DNA of 51,349 nt, taken from positions 496,001 to 547,349 of the forward strand of contig JBPGPT010000011.1 of the NCBI GenBank assembly GCA_051047955.1, read 5' to 3'. The translations under genes and the position numbers were made by a program. Below the pieces are notes generated by a model, which saw only the letters and a list, made by a program, of their open reading frames with translations, was not told where the DNA came from and did no database searches. Position 1 is the first letter of the stretch. The number at the start of each line of letters is the position of its first letter. Of this stretch, positions 12,482 through 24,124 are shown piece after piece. The stretch is from Cystobasidiomycetes sp. EMM_F5 (Eukaryota).

Positions 12482-13548
12482 CTACATAACCTTGCCCAAC
12501 TGAGCTGACTTCATGGCTGCGTGGATCTCGGCGTCGGCGCCTTTTTGTAGGGGTAGGAGGGTTCCACGGACGGTTGCGTGGTTGAGAACGCCTCGCGCAA
12601 CTAGCGCATGCTTCAAAGCGACAGTACCTTCCATGTGCGATCCACGGTGGTACACTGCGGCAGTTACTGGCAGGAGTCGGTCGTGCACCTCGCGCGCCTT
12701 TTTGTAGTCTTGCGCCTTGCCAGCGTTGAGCAACTCGTAGAGCGGCTCTGGAGCAATGCCACCGTAACCGACAAGGAAACCATCGACGTCGAACGAACTG
12801 TGGAGGAGGTACTCGTCGTGGCAGGACAGGCAGTAAATATCGGGTCTCTCGCGGCGGATGACTGGGATTTCTCTATCCCAGCGTCTCATGTTGCGGACAC
12901 CATTCTTCATCGCAAAGACACCTGGCTGAGCGAGGATATCAAGCTGAGTCTGCAGGTCGTAAGTTGCCTTGGTGTTGTCTGGGTATTGGAAGAGGATGAG
13001 AGGAAGTCCGGAAGCCTCGTAGATCTCCTTGTAGCGGACTTGGGGAGCGCCGGCCTGGTAGCCGAAACGGAGCCAGCCGTGAGATGGATACAGGAGACCA
13101 GCAGCAGCGCCGGCTTCCTTGGCTCTGCGAGCTTCAATTCCAGCGACGTAGTTACCCTCGCGAGTGATACCGGCAATGATTGGGATTTTGTTATCAACCG
13201 ATTTGACCCATGCTTTGATAGTTTCAACCTGGATAACACTGCTCAGCATGCAATTTTTTCCATATGTCCGTGTACTCTGCTCACCTGCTCGTCTTCAGTG
13301 AGGAAAGTGCCCTCTCCAGCGTGGCCGAGTACGACAAGGCCCTTCACGCCCTCGACAGTTGCCAACCAGGATCCAATGCGCTGGATAGCTTCATAGTCGA
13401 CGGAGCCGTCTTCATTGAAAGGAGTGACCGGAGCGGGAGTGATGCCCGACATGTCAAAGCCGACTCGGCCTCGAGGATTGTGGAAAGTTGTCAGTCCGTT
13501 GGAAGTCGAAGCAGCGCCGTTGCTGTGTCCGTTGGTGAGTCCGACCAT
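12482..13548 (-). CDS. DapA/N-acetylneuraminate-lyase superfamily (class I aldolase) enzyme, substrate unknown
   Basis: GITPAPVTPFNEDGSVD, VLGHAGEG, IPIIAG and Schiff-base Lys in FAMKNG. One intron (gtgagc...atccag) joins ORFs 13243-13548 and 12482-13249. Confidence 0.9.
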
Positions 13549-13727
13549 ATTGTCTGATTTGCGGAGAAGGTGAGTGGTGTGACTAAGTTATCTGGAAGGC
13601 TGCTTGCGCGAGTTGCAACAAGTGTAGGATGGAGATGTGAAGAGTGAAGCTGAGAGGACGTATGAGTGCTAGCTTCTTATAGCTTCAGCAAAGGCCGGCT
13701 ATCCAGGTTCAAGCGGGTGGCGTTGGA

Positions 13728-13878
13728 CGGATGCATGCTTCCGAGGTTGTCTGCAACCCGAGGTGCGTGCGACCATCCCTGGCGGACAATTCAGAACTCG
13801 GCTGCAGGCTTCCGAGCTGCATGTCGGAACCCTACTGACGTGTCTTGGCCCGCTTTGACAGACGGATGCATGCATCCG
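13728..13878. promoter_or_regulatory. Three CGG-N10-CCG inverted-repeat sites (putative Zn2Cys6 binding sites) in a bidirectional promoter
   Basis: 13728-13743 CGGatgcatgcttCCG; 13799-13814 CGGctgcaggcttCCG; 13863-13878 CGGatgcatgcatCCG (perfect palindrome). All are followed by AG and lie between the divergent aldolase and MFS starts. Confidence 0.75.
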
Positions 13879-14070
13879 AGGTCCCCCCCGCAGGAGTCTC
13901 CAAGAAATCTGTCTGTCTGATCCGCGTTGGGAGTTGACAGCTGCCTCCAACTTGCGGGCTTCACCTTCTCTTTCCTTGAGCTGTCACTATTTCAATCTCT
14001 CCTTTCTACGAGTGAAATACCACTTCCGCAAATTGAAACCCATTCTCTTACCTCCGGCGGGGACTCCACC

Positions 14071-15600
14071 ATGTCCGCACTGATGTCCAAGAATATCGAG
14101 CCAGCACCAGGCGGAGAAGTCGCTTCCTTCGCTGCAGAATCCAAGTCGGAGATACACACGCCAGAAGAGAAGTCCTACCATGAGCAATTTGAAGACGTCG
14201 AGCAGAATCGCCTTCAAGGCCAGCCAGCCGGTAAGACCGATCACTTCGGTACCTCCACGAGCCTGTCGCCAGAGGAGAGGAAGCTCGTCCGCAAGCTCGA
14301 TCTATACATCCTGCCGATGCTCTTCTGCATGTATTACATGAACAAGACCGACCAGAACGCCATCGCGAATGCCAGGCTCAATACCCTAGCCAAGGATCTA
14401 GGCTTGGTTGGCAACGACTTCAACGTCTGTGTTTCTATCCTATACGTCGGCTACACTCTCGTCCAGATTCCATCTAATCTTCTCATGTCGTCGGGCAAAG
14501 TACGTCCTTCCACTTGGATGGCCTGCTGGATGGGTGCGTGGGCCATTGTCTCTGGCGTCACTGCAGCTGTCCAGGATTACAAAGGTCTCTTTGCTGTTCG
14601 ATTCCTGCTTGGCTTTGCAGAAGCTCCATTCTATCCAGGCGCCATTTACCTGCTTTCGCTCTTCTACACTCGCCGAGAGATTGCGACTCGTGTCAGCATC
14701 CTCTACTCTGCCAACATCTTCGCAACAGCCTTTGCTGGTCTGATTTCGGCGGCGGTTTTTGGCACACTCGATAAGAAGTACGGTATTGCTGGATGGCGAT
14801 GGCTCTTCATCATTCTCGGCGTTGTCACATTCGTCCTGGCCGCCATCTCATTCTTCATTCTCCCCGACCACCCTGCTACGACTAGATGGCTTACACCAGA
14901 GGAGCGTAAGCTCGCCAAAGAGCGCATGGACCGCGACACCGTCGGCCTGCAACAGAGCATGGGAGCCATAGCTGGCTTCAAGCAGGCGATTGGCGACAAG
15001 CGATTGTACCTGTTTGTGCTCCTGCAGAATCTCCACCTGGCAGCTTGCGGGTTCAACAGCTTCTTCCCAACTGTCGTCCAGACACTCGGATACTCGACTA
15101 CCATTACCCTCGTTCTTACGTGCCCGCCGTACCTGGTTGCTGGTCTGTTTGCAGTCTTCCTTGGCTGGTCGTCTGGACGCCGCAACGAAAAGACATGGCA
15201 CATCACTTTTGGCATGATTGTCGCCGTCATTGGATTCGTCATGGCTGCCTCTTCCCTCCAGACGGGTGTACGCTTCGTGTCCCTCTTCTTCTTTGCGACA
15301 GGTGCCTACTCTGCCAACTCCATCATCATCGGATGGGTCTCTGCGACTTGCGGCCAGACACCAGAAAAGAAGGCAGCGTCTCTGTCCATCATGAACTGCA
15401 TTTCCATGGCGTCCTTCATATACACACCCTATCTCTACCCCGCAAGTGATGGTCCTCGATACCTGATGGCCATGTCTGCCAATGCAGCCTTCTCTTTGGG
15501 TGTCATTATCTGCGCGGTAGCCATGCGCTTCTGGCTGCAAGGCGTCAATCGCAAGATCCGTCAACAAAATCAAGACGTCCGTCTTCTGTACGCGTATTAG
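14071..15600 (+). CDS. MFS transporter, Dal5/Tna1 (allantoate/nicotinate, anion:cation symporter) family, intronless
   Basis: ERKLVRKLDLYILP, QIPSNLLM, RFLLGFAEAPFYPGAIYLLSLFYTRREIATR, GWRWLFII, LPDHPATTRWLT; about 12 hydrophobic segments. ATG at 14071 in a CCACCATG context. Confidence 0.93.
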   Translation: MSALMSKNIEPAPGGEVASFAAESKSEIHTPEEKSYHEQFEDVEQNRLQGQPAGKTDHFGTSTSLSPEERKLVRKLDLYILPMLFCMYYMNKTDQNAIANARLNTLAKDLGLVGNDFNVCVSILYVGYTLVQIPSNLLMSSGKVRPSTWMACWMGAWAIVSGVTAAVQDYKGLFAVRFLLGFAEAPFYPGAIYLLSLFYTRREIATRVSILYSANIFATAFAGLISAAVFGTLDKKYGIAGWRWLFIILGVVTFVLAAISFFILPDHPATTRWLTPEERKLAKERMDRDTVGLQQSMGAIAGFKQAIGDKRLYLFVLLQNLHLAACGFNSFFPTVVQTLGYSTTITLVLTCPPYLVAGLFAVFLGWSSGRRNEKTWHITFGMIVAVIGFVMAASSLQTGVRFVSLFFFATGAYSANSIIIGWVSATCGQTPEKKAASLSIMNCISMASFIYTPYLYPASDGPRYLMAMSANAAFSLGVIICAVAMRFWLQGVNRKIRQQNQDVRLLYAY

Positions 15601-15916
15601 TTGGGTGGTCGCAGTCAGCTGGTTGTCAAAAGTTTTCTGAGGTGGAATGACAATAGGGAAAGCGGCTGTAGTGCAGTAGTCAAATACTGTATCATTAGTC
15701 TCTTCGTGTAACTCTCCAAATCTTGCGCGTTTCGTGTACCAATCTCGCGAGATCTAGTCCAAAAGGCGACTACTATTGCTCCGCCGCGAACAAACTCTTT
15801 GCTCACCTAGGAGACTGCCTTTCTGCTCCGCTCCTTCTCCGGAACACAAAGCATGCTTCGCGCTTCTCTGCTTCACTCAATAAGCAGTATAGCTGTATTG
15901 AGCACATCTGCGCGAA

Positions 15917-18823
15917 ATGGCTTCTGGCTGGTCGGCCGACCTTCTTCTAAACCATAACCGGCAGATCTGTCAGTAGAGGGCGTAGCCAGAGCATCTGCCT
16001 TATGACTGGCATCGTGGTATCGACTAATGGGCTTTCCATTCAGTTCTTGGGCTTCCCGAAGTCGAATCGGAAGACAGCCAAGCTGGACCATCGGGTACAC
16101 CTGATGAGAATGGAGAGCGGGGAGCATTACCTTGTGAGTATTCGGTTCGCTCCCTTTTATTTGCACGGCTGAGCGAAAGAAACTCGCGCTGATTGGAAGT
16201 GTCCGCCCCCACTGCTTCCCCTCCTTGCTCTGTCGGCACATCGGCAGCCGGTATTGACAAGAAATTGAAACGCAGAGTACCAGACTCTGCGCGTCAGCGA
16301 GCTGCTGCTGCTTGTAACAGATGCAAGGCTCGCAAGGTGAGATGCATAAGAAATCTAGGATCCGTTGCTTCGGATCCGTGCGCCGCCTGCGCGCAACTCG
16401 GTGTATCATGCGAGGCATCCGTCAAGAAGCCAAAGCGGAACTATGCTGTTGGCGATCACTTGAGCGCCAGATACAGAGCTCTCGACGAGCTGATCAGAGG
16501 CCTCTGTCCAGGCGAGTCTGTCGATGATCTGTCTGATATTATCGCTCTCGCGTCAAGAAAGGGAATAGGCATTACCGTACAGGAAGAGAAATTTGACAAA
16601 GCCTTCGACCCCTTTCGCCCGCCTCACTCTTCCCAGCCAAACGTACTCACATTCCCATCAAATCACACCTCGCCGTCTGATCCGGCTTTTGCGCTCAAAG
16701 TCCCAGAAGGACGTCTGATCCCTGCAAGCACCGGGGGCTATCATTATGTCGGCCCATCCTCTTCATACATGTTTGCAAATACTATAAGATATCTCGTTGC
16801 CAAATCGCAGATCCATACACCTACCGATAGCTGGTCGGGATTGTGGAGGCAAATCAGGGCTGCAGAATTCACAAGCCCTAACCGAACGACAGCTCTTGAT
16901 GCTCGAATTCAAGGGCACCCTATGACTAAAGCTGCGGATGAAGACAATGCAGATACAAGTCCCGCTGCAATTGCCAGCCCGCAACATAGCGAGAGAAGCG
17001 GCGCCACGATCACAAATTTGCCGGTACCGCACAATCAGTCATGGACCGTCTTTTTGCCAAGCAGAGATGTCGCAGACCGGCTCGTTAAGGCGTTCTTTGC
17101 CCGTGTGCACCCCAACATGCCAATCTTTCATCGCGGAGCCTTCTTCACAAAATACGAGACTCTATGGTCGGCAGCAGCTCTGACTCCGCGCAGTCTAGAT
17201 AACGTTCCGATTCCAGACAGAGGTTGGCTCTGTAGCTTGTTCCTGTGCTTTGTCCACGGTGCACATTCGCTCGAGAGGGATGGCTTAGCCGATGCGTCTG
17301 GCATTCAAGAACGTTATCTCGCCATCATAGTTCGACACGGCCTGCAACGCATGATTATGACGCCGACACTTCAGAACGTACAGGCGCTCATGCTCCTCTC
17401 GCTATATCAGCATAACTCTGGCGAAAGAAATACCGCATGGATGGTATTGGGTCATGCAGCCCGAACGGCAATAGCTCTCGGTATACAACGCGACGGCGAG
17501 AATGGAAATTTTGATCCGGTAGAGCGGAATGTTCGTCGTATGGTGTGGTGGCACCTGCATCTTTTTGAGCAGAATCTTTGTTCAATTCTCGGCAGGCCAA
17601 CGGCCACCAATCTGTTGGAAGTCAGTGCTACGCTACCCGACGAAGAAGTTATCGATGGCAGCGATCTTCCACCGTCGTTTTTGACGTACGCTGTATCGCT
17701 CAGCTGTATAGCTGCGCGCATCAAGCGTTTTATCGGTGCGGTGTCAATCGATTTTGACAAGCCTACCGAGCTCGAGCATGCGTCCCGCTTAGCGCACCAG
17801 ATTGATCAGCAGCTACATCAGTGGCTGGAAGATCTGCCTCCACACCTACAAGTCGATCAATATTTTGCGGTGCCAAAACATCAGCGGGCAGTCCTGCTAC
17901 TTCACGTTCAACACAACTACCTACGGTCATGCCTGGGCAGACCTTATCTACTGTCGTACATCGACTGGCAGTTGAATCCGCAGACGGAGCCTATGCCACC
18001 CTCCATCGCCATGTTTGCCGAGACGTGTCTTACTGGATCCGAAATTGTCATAGAGTATCTCCTCGCGCTTGGCCGTGCCAATTTGCTCGAGGGTGAAGTT
18101 TGGTACGACTTCTTTTACGCTCAGCACGCCGCCTTGATATTGTCTTTGCCATTCCTGCCTCAAGCAGCCAATCCACGGGATGAAACTCCAGCTGCGTACA
18201 CAGAGTCTCCGCAAGAGAAGGCGCGAAAAGCTGCGGTATACAACATTCTCAGCCTTGCCCAATCTACCCGTCTAGCTCCTACATACCGTATTCTCGTTCA
18301 CGTCGCTATACAATTTGCAAGAATAGTCGGCACCTGGCCGGAAAGCGTCGGCGAAGCGGAAGATAATGTCTTTCCCCCGTACAGCTCGACTTCGCCGTTG
18401 TCTCAGACCTCTGCACCGACATTCGCCTTTCACGAGCCATCGACCAACGTGGGCGGTACTCAATCTGCGACCGTGCAGCTGGCAGATGCGACGGCTCAGC
18501 CTGAGAAATCTGCTCAACCGCTCTCCTTCTCAGACTTTACGGGTCCGGATCTCTGGTCTGGCCTTCCTTCTCTGACCTTTCCCAACGATCCTATACAATC
18601 TGATCACGATTTCACGTCCAATACAGCTGGGCAGTCGGCCTTCTCCTTTGACCAGTTCTTCAATTTCGGGACGCATACTGCCAGTTCAGGTATGCAAAGT
18701 CGTCGAGGATCGCTGTCGTTTCCGCTCGTCGGGCAGGGCGATGCATATCAGAATACAGACTTCAATACTGGCCAGTCGAATACCGATACACTCTTGTGGG
18801 ATCTGTTCAACCCGCGAGCGTAG
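15917..18823 (+). CDS. Zn2Cys6 (Gal4-type) transcription factor with fungal TF middle-homology domain
   Basis: CNRCKARKVRC-x11-CAACAQLGVSC binuclear cluster; LVKAFFARVHPNMPIFHRGAF; AWMVLGHAARTAIALGIQRDG...ERNVRRMVWW. The long ORF lacks an early ATG; two predicted 5' introns (gtcagt...cattcag and gtgagt...tggaag) link it in frame to ATG 15917, so the start is less certain. Confidence 0.9.
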
Positions 18824-19565
18824 ATTGCTCCAGTCTGCGCATATCTTTCGTCTGTAACAGTCAGCCAGTCAGTGCGGGATGTTGCTAGGACCCTGTGTTT
18901 GCGACGCAGTACAGTAACAATTGTGTGATGTGTTTCGGCCGTTTGATGGTGTAAATTTGTCGCGTGTCTCCGCATACAGTACGACCGAGTTTTCCCTCGT
19001 TCGGAACGTCTTGCCTTGAAGCGAACGAAAGCTCCAACAGAAAGTGCAAATGAATGGAAATGGCTCTATACCACTATGTTGACCGTTCTTTCATCACAAC
19101 AGAGCTCAAAGTCAACTTCACTCTCGACTTCTTCCGTCGGAAACTGAAGCTTCAAATTGCTTGCTGAAACGTCAAAGCTAAAGCAGCACAAACCGAAGCA
19201 ACGAGCAATGCGTTACTTCTTCTCACTCCTTCCATCAGTTCACTCGTATTTGGACAAGCTTCCATACCCGTTCACCGCAGGACAAGGTCCCAGCTGAAAG
19301 GCTCGGCAAAGCGGGCGAGGTTTCCACTTTTCTGAGGCTGACTTGCTTGGAACCACACCACCTCGACAGCATCGACGACGGGACTCTGCGTACTGGACGT
19401 GGACTCGCTACACTGACGACAGCATCTTTCGACAGCTCCTCACTGCACCGCAAGGTCCCCTTGAACGCCAAAGAGCCCCTTCTTGCACGGTCCCTTTTTG
19501 TCACGGATCTCAGATTCCAACACACTCGTTTTCAGCACACACACACACTCCTCAGACTGCAAACA

Positions 19566-20538
19566 ATGCTACTCAACCTCGTCGTCTCGACCTGCGTCGT
19601 CACTGCAGGTCTGGTGGCCGCACTGAATGGTAGCGAGGGTGGTGCCTTGCAGGGCCGGGGAGCCGTAGATATCCTATCAGAGCGCTCGACGGAGCACATC
19701 GTTGCTGCTCACGAGAAGCGTATGGCTCGTATGGGAGGCAGCCATCACGCACTCGCCAAGCGGGCAAAATGTCCAGCCAGAGGCGTCCAGAAACCAGCAA
19801 CCACTTCATCCTCGACTACTTCAACCAAGGTATTGACTGTCGGAAAGCCAGTCGCAGTCTCCACTTCATCCATCAAGACTACAACTACCACTCACACCAC
19901 AACTTCAAGCAAGCCTCCCCAAAACACGCCGGCGCCACCACAAAACAACAACGGTGGTTCCACACCAGCATCCGGAGGAGCGGCAGCCTTCAACGGCAAC
20001 AACAACAATGCCATCCTGTCCTGGTTCCGTACAAATGCAGGTAGTGATTCGACAAACGGCCGCTCGTGGTGCCAGACCCCGTACAGAGACGACTGGGTAT
20101 GCTTTGCCCCGTCCGTCGGCACAATGCTCAAGGCCTTCAACTGGAACTATGAAGCCGCTGCCAAACACTTCTGCGGTCGTGAAGCTATTGTTACGGACGT
20201 CAAGTAAGTCACTGTTTGTTCCGCACAGACCTGCCGCCACAAGGCTCACGCCCAATTCTTATTTGCGCAATAGGACTGGCAAGAGCATTACTGCATTCAT
20301 CTGTGACGGCTTCGATGACAGATGGCTAAGAACTCCTGCATCCCTCGACCTCACCATCTCAGCTGTAAGCTTCCTCTGCCTATTTTCCGGGTTGCCCCTG
20401 AATTTTGACTGAAATTCAAAAAAGTTCACGCAAATCAAGGGCTCCTTCGACTGGGACAAGAATCACGTCATTACTGGAGCTACATGGCACCTGACAGGAA
20501 ATATCGTCCATAAGGGTACTTTCAAGGCGACTTGGTAA
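19566..20538 (+). CDS. Secreted RlpA-like double-psi beta-barrel (expansin/loosenin-like) protein, paralog 1
   Basis: Signal peptide MLLNLVVSTCVVTAGLVAA, KR site, Thr-rich linker, then SWFRTNAGSDSTNGRSWC...FCGREAIVTD|TGKSITAFICDGFDDRWLRTPASLDLTISA|FTQI. Two introns. Confidence 0.75.
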
Positions 20539-20989
20539 ATGCGGGGAAACCTCAGAATCCGATAGTGAACGCCATACGGCAGAAGAACAGCATAGCCAGC
20601 TCGTGCAAATGGAGCGTATGGGGAGTAGGTTAGTTGTTAGTGATTGGGTTGGTAACCTCGATACCCCATCAGTGCAAGGTCCAAGTTTTTCTGCTCTTCG
20701 TCTGCAGCAATCGTTGTATACCTTCTGCGAGGGTCTTCGTCTGCACATTACATGGAATGAATATCCTCTTAGCGTTGCTGCTAGGGTCTGGAACAGGAAT
20801 AAAGCGGAGACGTCTTCAGCTTGAACCTCGGCTGCTTTATCTTCCCATCAGGCCCACCGCCTGCATGCTGTTTTTTGATGTCAATCGTCCTCGCTCGTCT
20901 TCTGATGAATCGTCTTAGTTCTCTACACTCTCGCATTTATGCTGTGCAAGTCTCCTCCTGAACGATTGTTCATCCTAAATCCAGTCAAC

Positions 20990-21735
20990 ATGGTTCGGAT
21001 ACAAGTTCAAGACCATACGGGCCGCCCTTTCATTCCTTTCACGTCTCAGTCTTCTTCATATCACCTTACCATGCTCTATCCCGAAGACGCGTCTGCTCTC
21101 GCCAGCCTGCTCTCAGATCCTCGCATATCCTCACATCTGTCTAGAGCTCCATCAAACTATACCATCAATGATGCTCACAAGTGGATCCTCATGAAGACGG
21201 AGGAATTCGCTCAGTTCCATGCGCTAGACTGGTCTGATTCGACAGCCGTCAATAAGGCCCTCCAGACCGCCATCCCATTCCATGTAATTCGCTATCAGAA
21301 TGGGGCAATCATCGGCGACGTGTCTATACGGCGCAATGACTTTGAGACGATGGTACTACATGATTCCGACGAGCGCGAAAAACTATTGTCAGCCAACAAT
21401 AGACGACCACCGGGAGACCCCGAGATCGACTACAGCTTGGGTAAAGCACAACACAGTTATCTGTCGCCATATAGCTTCATCAGCTTACTCGCTTTGCAGG
21501 CTACTACCTCAGTCCTGCAGCTCGGGGTCGGGGAATAATGGGAGCGGCGCTCAAGACAGTACTAGAGGCAGCAGTACAGTATTTGCACGCTAGTCACTTC
21601 GAGATTACCTGTCGTGAGGACAACATGTCAAGTCGTAAAGTGGCCGAAAGTAGTGGGTTTGCCCTGATGGAGCAGAGGGAGATGACCTGGAAAGACGGGA
21701 GTTTTACAATGATGAATGTATTGCGGAAGCAATAA
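20990..21735 (+). CDS. GNAT acetyltransferase, RimJ/RimL-like
   Basis: Spliced LGYYLSPAARGRGIMGAALK (acetyl-CoA motif A) and DNMSSRKVAESSGF. One intron, gtaaag...ttgcag. Confidence 0.85.
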
Positions 21736-21906
21736 GCGAAAACACGAGTCGCGCAGGAGGGATGCCGCGTCTACTCATCTCCTGGGATCAGGCGAGAGAG
21801 TTGCTTCCAATCGGACAATTAATCACACAACAGGCGACAGTATATGACAAGCACTGCACGGACTACCGGAATTCCAAGACGACGACATGATCACGCTGCA
21901 GACTTC

Positions 21907-24124
21907 TTATTTTTTCACCAACTGCTTCTTCTTCTCCCGTAACACCTCGCTCTCGTTTGACCGCCTATTTTCTCCAAACTTCATCTTGTTGTATAATTTG
22001 CGCTGCTTATTGCTGAGTAGGATGCTCGCTGGATTCGCTTCTTGCGTAGTCAGAGGTACAGTTTCAGTACGCTGTTTCTTCGGAAGTGTATTGGCCTTCT
22101 TCTGAACAGCAAGCTCTATTTGGAATTTGCCGGCAGGAATGCCCAAAGATTCTGCCTCGAGCTCTGCTGCGTGCATGAGACTTTCATCGTCGGGGTCTGC
22201 AGCCGCTGCGATAAGAGCTGGTCGAGAAGGTTGTTCGTGCTCCTCATCATCGACGGTGGCATCGCCGAATCCAGTAAACACCTCTTCCTCGCCCTCCTCA
22301 GCGGCTTCCCTGACGACATTGTCATCCGCTTCCATAGCGTCCGATTCATCATCGCTCGCTGCGCTAACTGCATCTCCACCTGCTTCAGTCGGGATATAGC
22401 CGCCCTGTTCGCGCACCGCGGAGTTGTCAACAAACGGACTCAGATGCGGCGGGAGTGTTGACCCTGGCGCATAAGGTCCGGTAGGGAGGATCTTGCGCAG
22501 ATTGATGCAGTCTACGACCCATTGAGGCTGGATGTACGCTCTTTTGCCTGGATACGTCGGTGTCTGTATAAGTGCAGTTGACGAACTTTGCACTGGCCGA
22601 TCAATGATATGGTGGGTAATCTTCGGATCGTCTATGGTGTATGGAGATCCAGCCCCGAGCACTGCATCCCAGCCGACTTGCCCACCGAATGAGCGAATCA
22701 CAAACTCTAGTGTCGGTCTGGTAACCTCGCGTGATAGGTAAAAGTAGTAATTTTGGAACTGGCCGGTCAGCTCCTCATCGGACTGCTGCTGTGCTGCTTC
22801 TGGTGCATCAGCGTCCAGCGATTGCGGGACATCAGGCCCGCTGACACTCGCAGATTCGGCTTGTACAAGCGCTGTCTCCGCGGCCTCCTCATCCATGTTG
22901 ACTTCTGCTGATATGGAACCGCTTGTGGACGCATTGTTGATCTGCCTGATCTGCTTCTTGATGTCCTTTGTAGTAATCTTCTTGCCATTCTGGACGACAC
23001 CCTTCTCCAACCCGGCTTCAGTGCCAGACTCGCCTTCGATTGTCAATGTCCGACTCGTCTCTTCCAACAACAAGGCACCGATACCAGCTGCTTCGTCATC
23101 TCTGGCCGCGTCCAGCTTGGGCGGATAGACCAGGTTTATATCGCTGTACAGCCTGTAAAAGACAAAGCCCAGCATGGTTTGGTATAGTTCGAGGAAGGTA
23201 AGCATGATGCGGAAGTCTACGTCGGACGGAATCTGCGGGGCGAGTCGTCAGGGATCGTCGGGTCGATGTGTAAACCAACCTTACATTTTGAGTGAACATG
23301 TAGGGAACCAGCCATGTGACAGTTTCTCCCTTGACGCTAGCCTGGAAATAGATGCCTTTGATTGACAGGAAGACTTTGCGCAATGAGCGTGTTCTCATCA
23401 CGTACAGCTGCCACTCGGCAGCAAGTTTTGTACAGTTGGCAACTACGGCTGCTGGGATTTTCTCGCTAGCTGGCAAGTGCGCAAAGAGGATAATGAGGGA
23501 TAGTGCGTCGTCCAGATCACGCAAAGCGTCAGGGAATGACGGGTATCTGTTCGTCATATCTGTCAGCTTAGTCTCGAACCCGAATTATAGATTGTTGCAA
23601 ACCTCTCTTTGATAATGTGGTCTAGCCTGTATTTGGGCTTGTTGTTCTCCTCTAAACTTTTTGCAGCTGACCACTCTCCTCTACCCACAGCTTTCGACAG
23701 CTTCTTTGCAAATGCCTTGTGCTCGCGGAGCTTGTGCAGGACGGGTTCGTGGAGGAGGTATTGGACGTCTTTCACATAGTAGAAGGAAGCGGGAGCAGTT
23801 GATCCCTTGTTGGCCTTCTTGTGGTTGCGCGGTTGTCGCGGGAATATGCCTGTTTATAAATGCATGTCGCATGTGGCGATATACCTTTAGCATGTCTAAT
23901 TCTTCGGTAATATCAGCAAACAATGCACCTTTTAGGATACACAGCCGCCGGAAATCAGAAATAGAGCACTGCAGCTTCTTGATAGCCTGGGTACGGGTCT
24001 TTAATGGCATAATCAGCCCCAGCTCCCATACTGCCGCACCAAATTCTGCACCGACAATGTAATTTTTCGCAGCGCCTGCCTCGCCCTTCTTCTTTTTCGC
24101 CTGTCCACCAGTATTGCGGGCCAT
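21907..24124 (-). CDS. NOP7: Pescadillo/Nop7 ribosome biogenesis protein (BRCT domain)
   Basis: [84 protein letters not shown]...LPPHLSPF. Four introns. Confidence 0.96.

Noticed and set aside
13728..13882. Spaced palindromic repeats as a mini-CRISPR or transposon terminal repeats
   Set aside because: Eukaryotic context, only three short imperfect copies, and no cas gene, transposase or target-site duplication; TF sites fit better.
12608..15573. Long antisense ORFs over the aldolase (12608-13396) and MFS (14703-15242, 14848-15573)
   Set aside because: Explained by strong C-ending codon bias on the coding strand; no domain signatures.
19347..19565. N-terminal extension of the RlpA-like ORF from a TTG codon
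   Set aside because: The ATG at 19566 directly precedes a signal peptide and matches the layout of the paralog.
21441..21538. Apparent stop/start overlap (TAATG) suggesting translational coupling in the GNAT gene
   Set aside because: Resolved by a normal GT-AG intron that restores LGYYLSPAARGRG.
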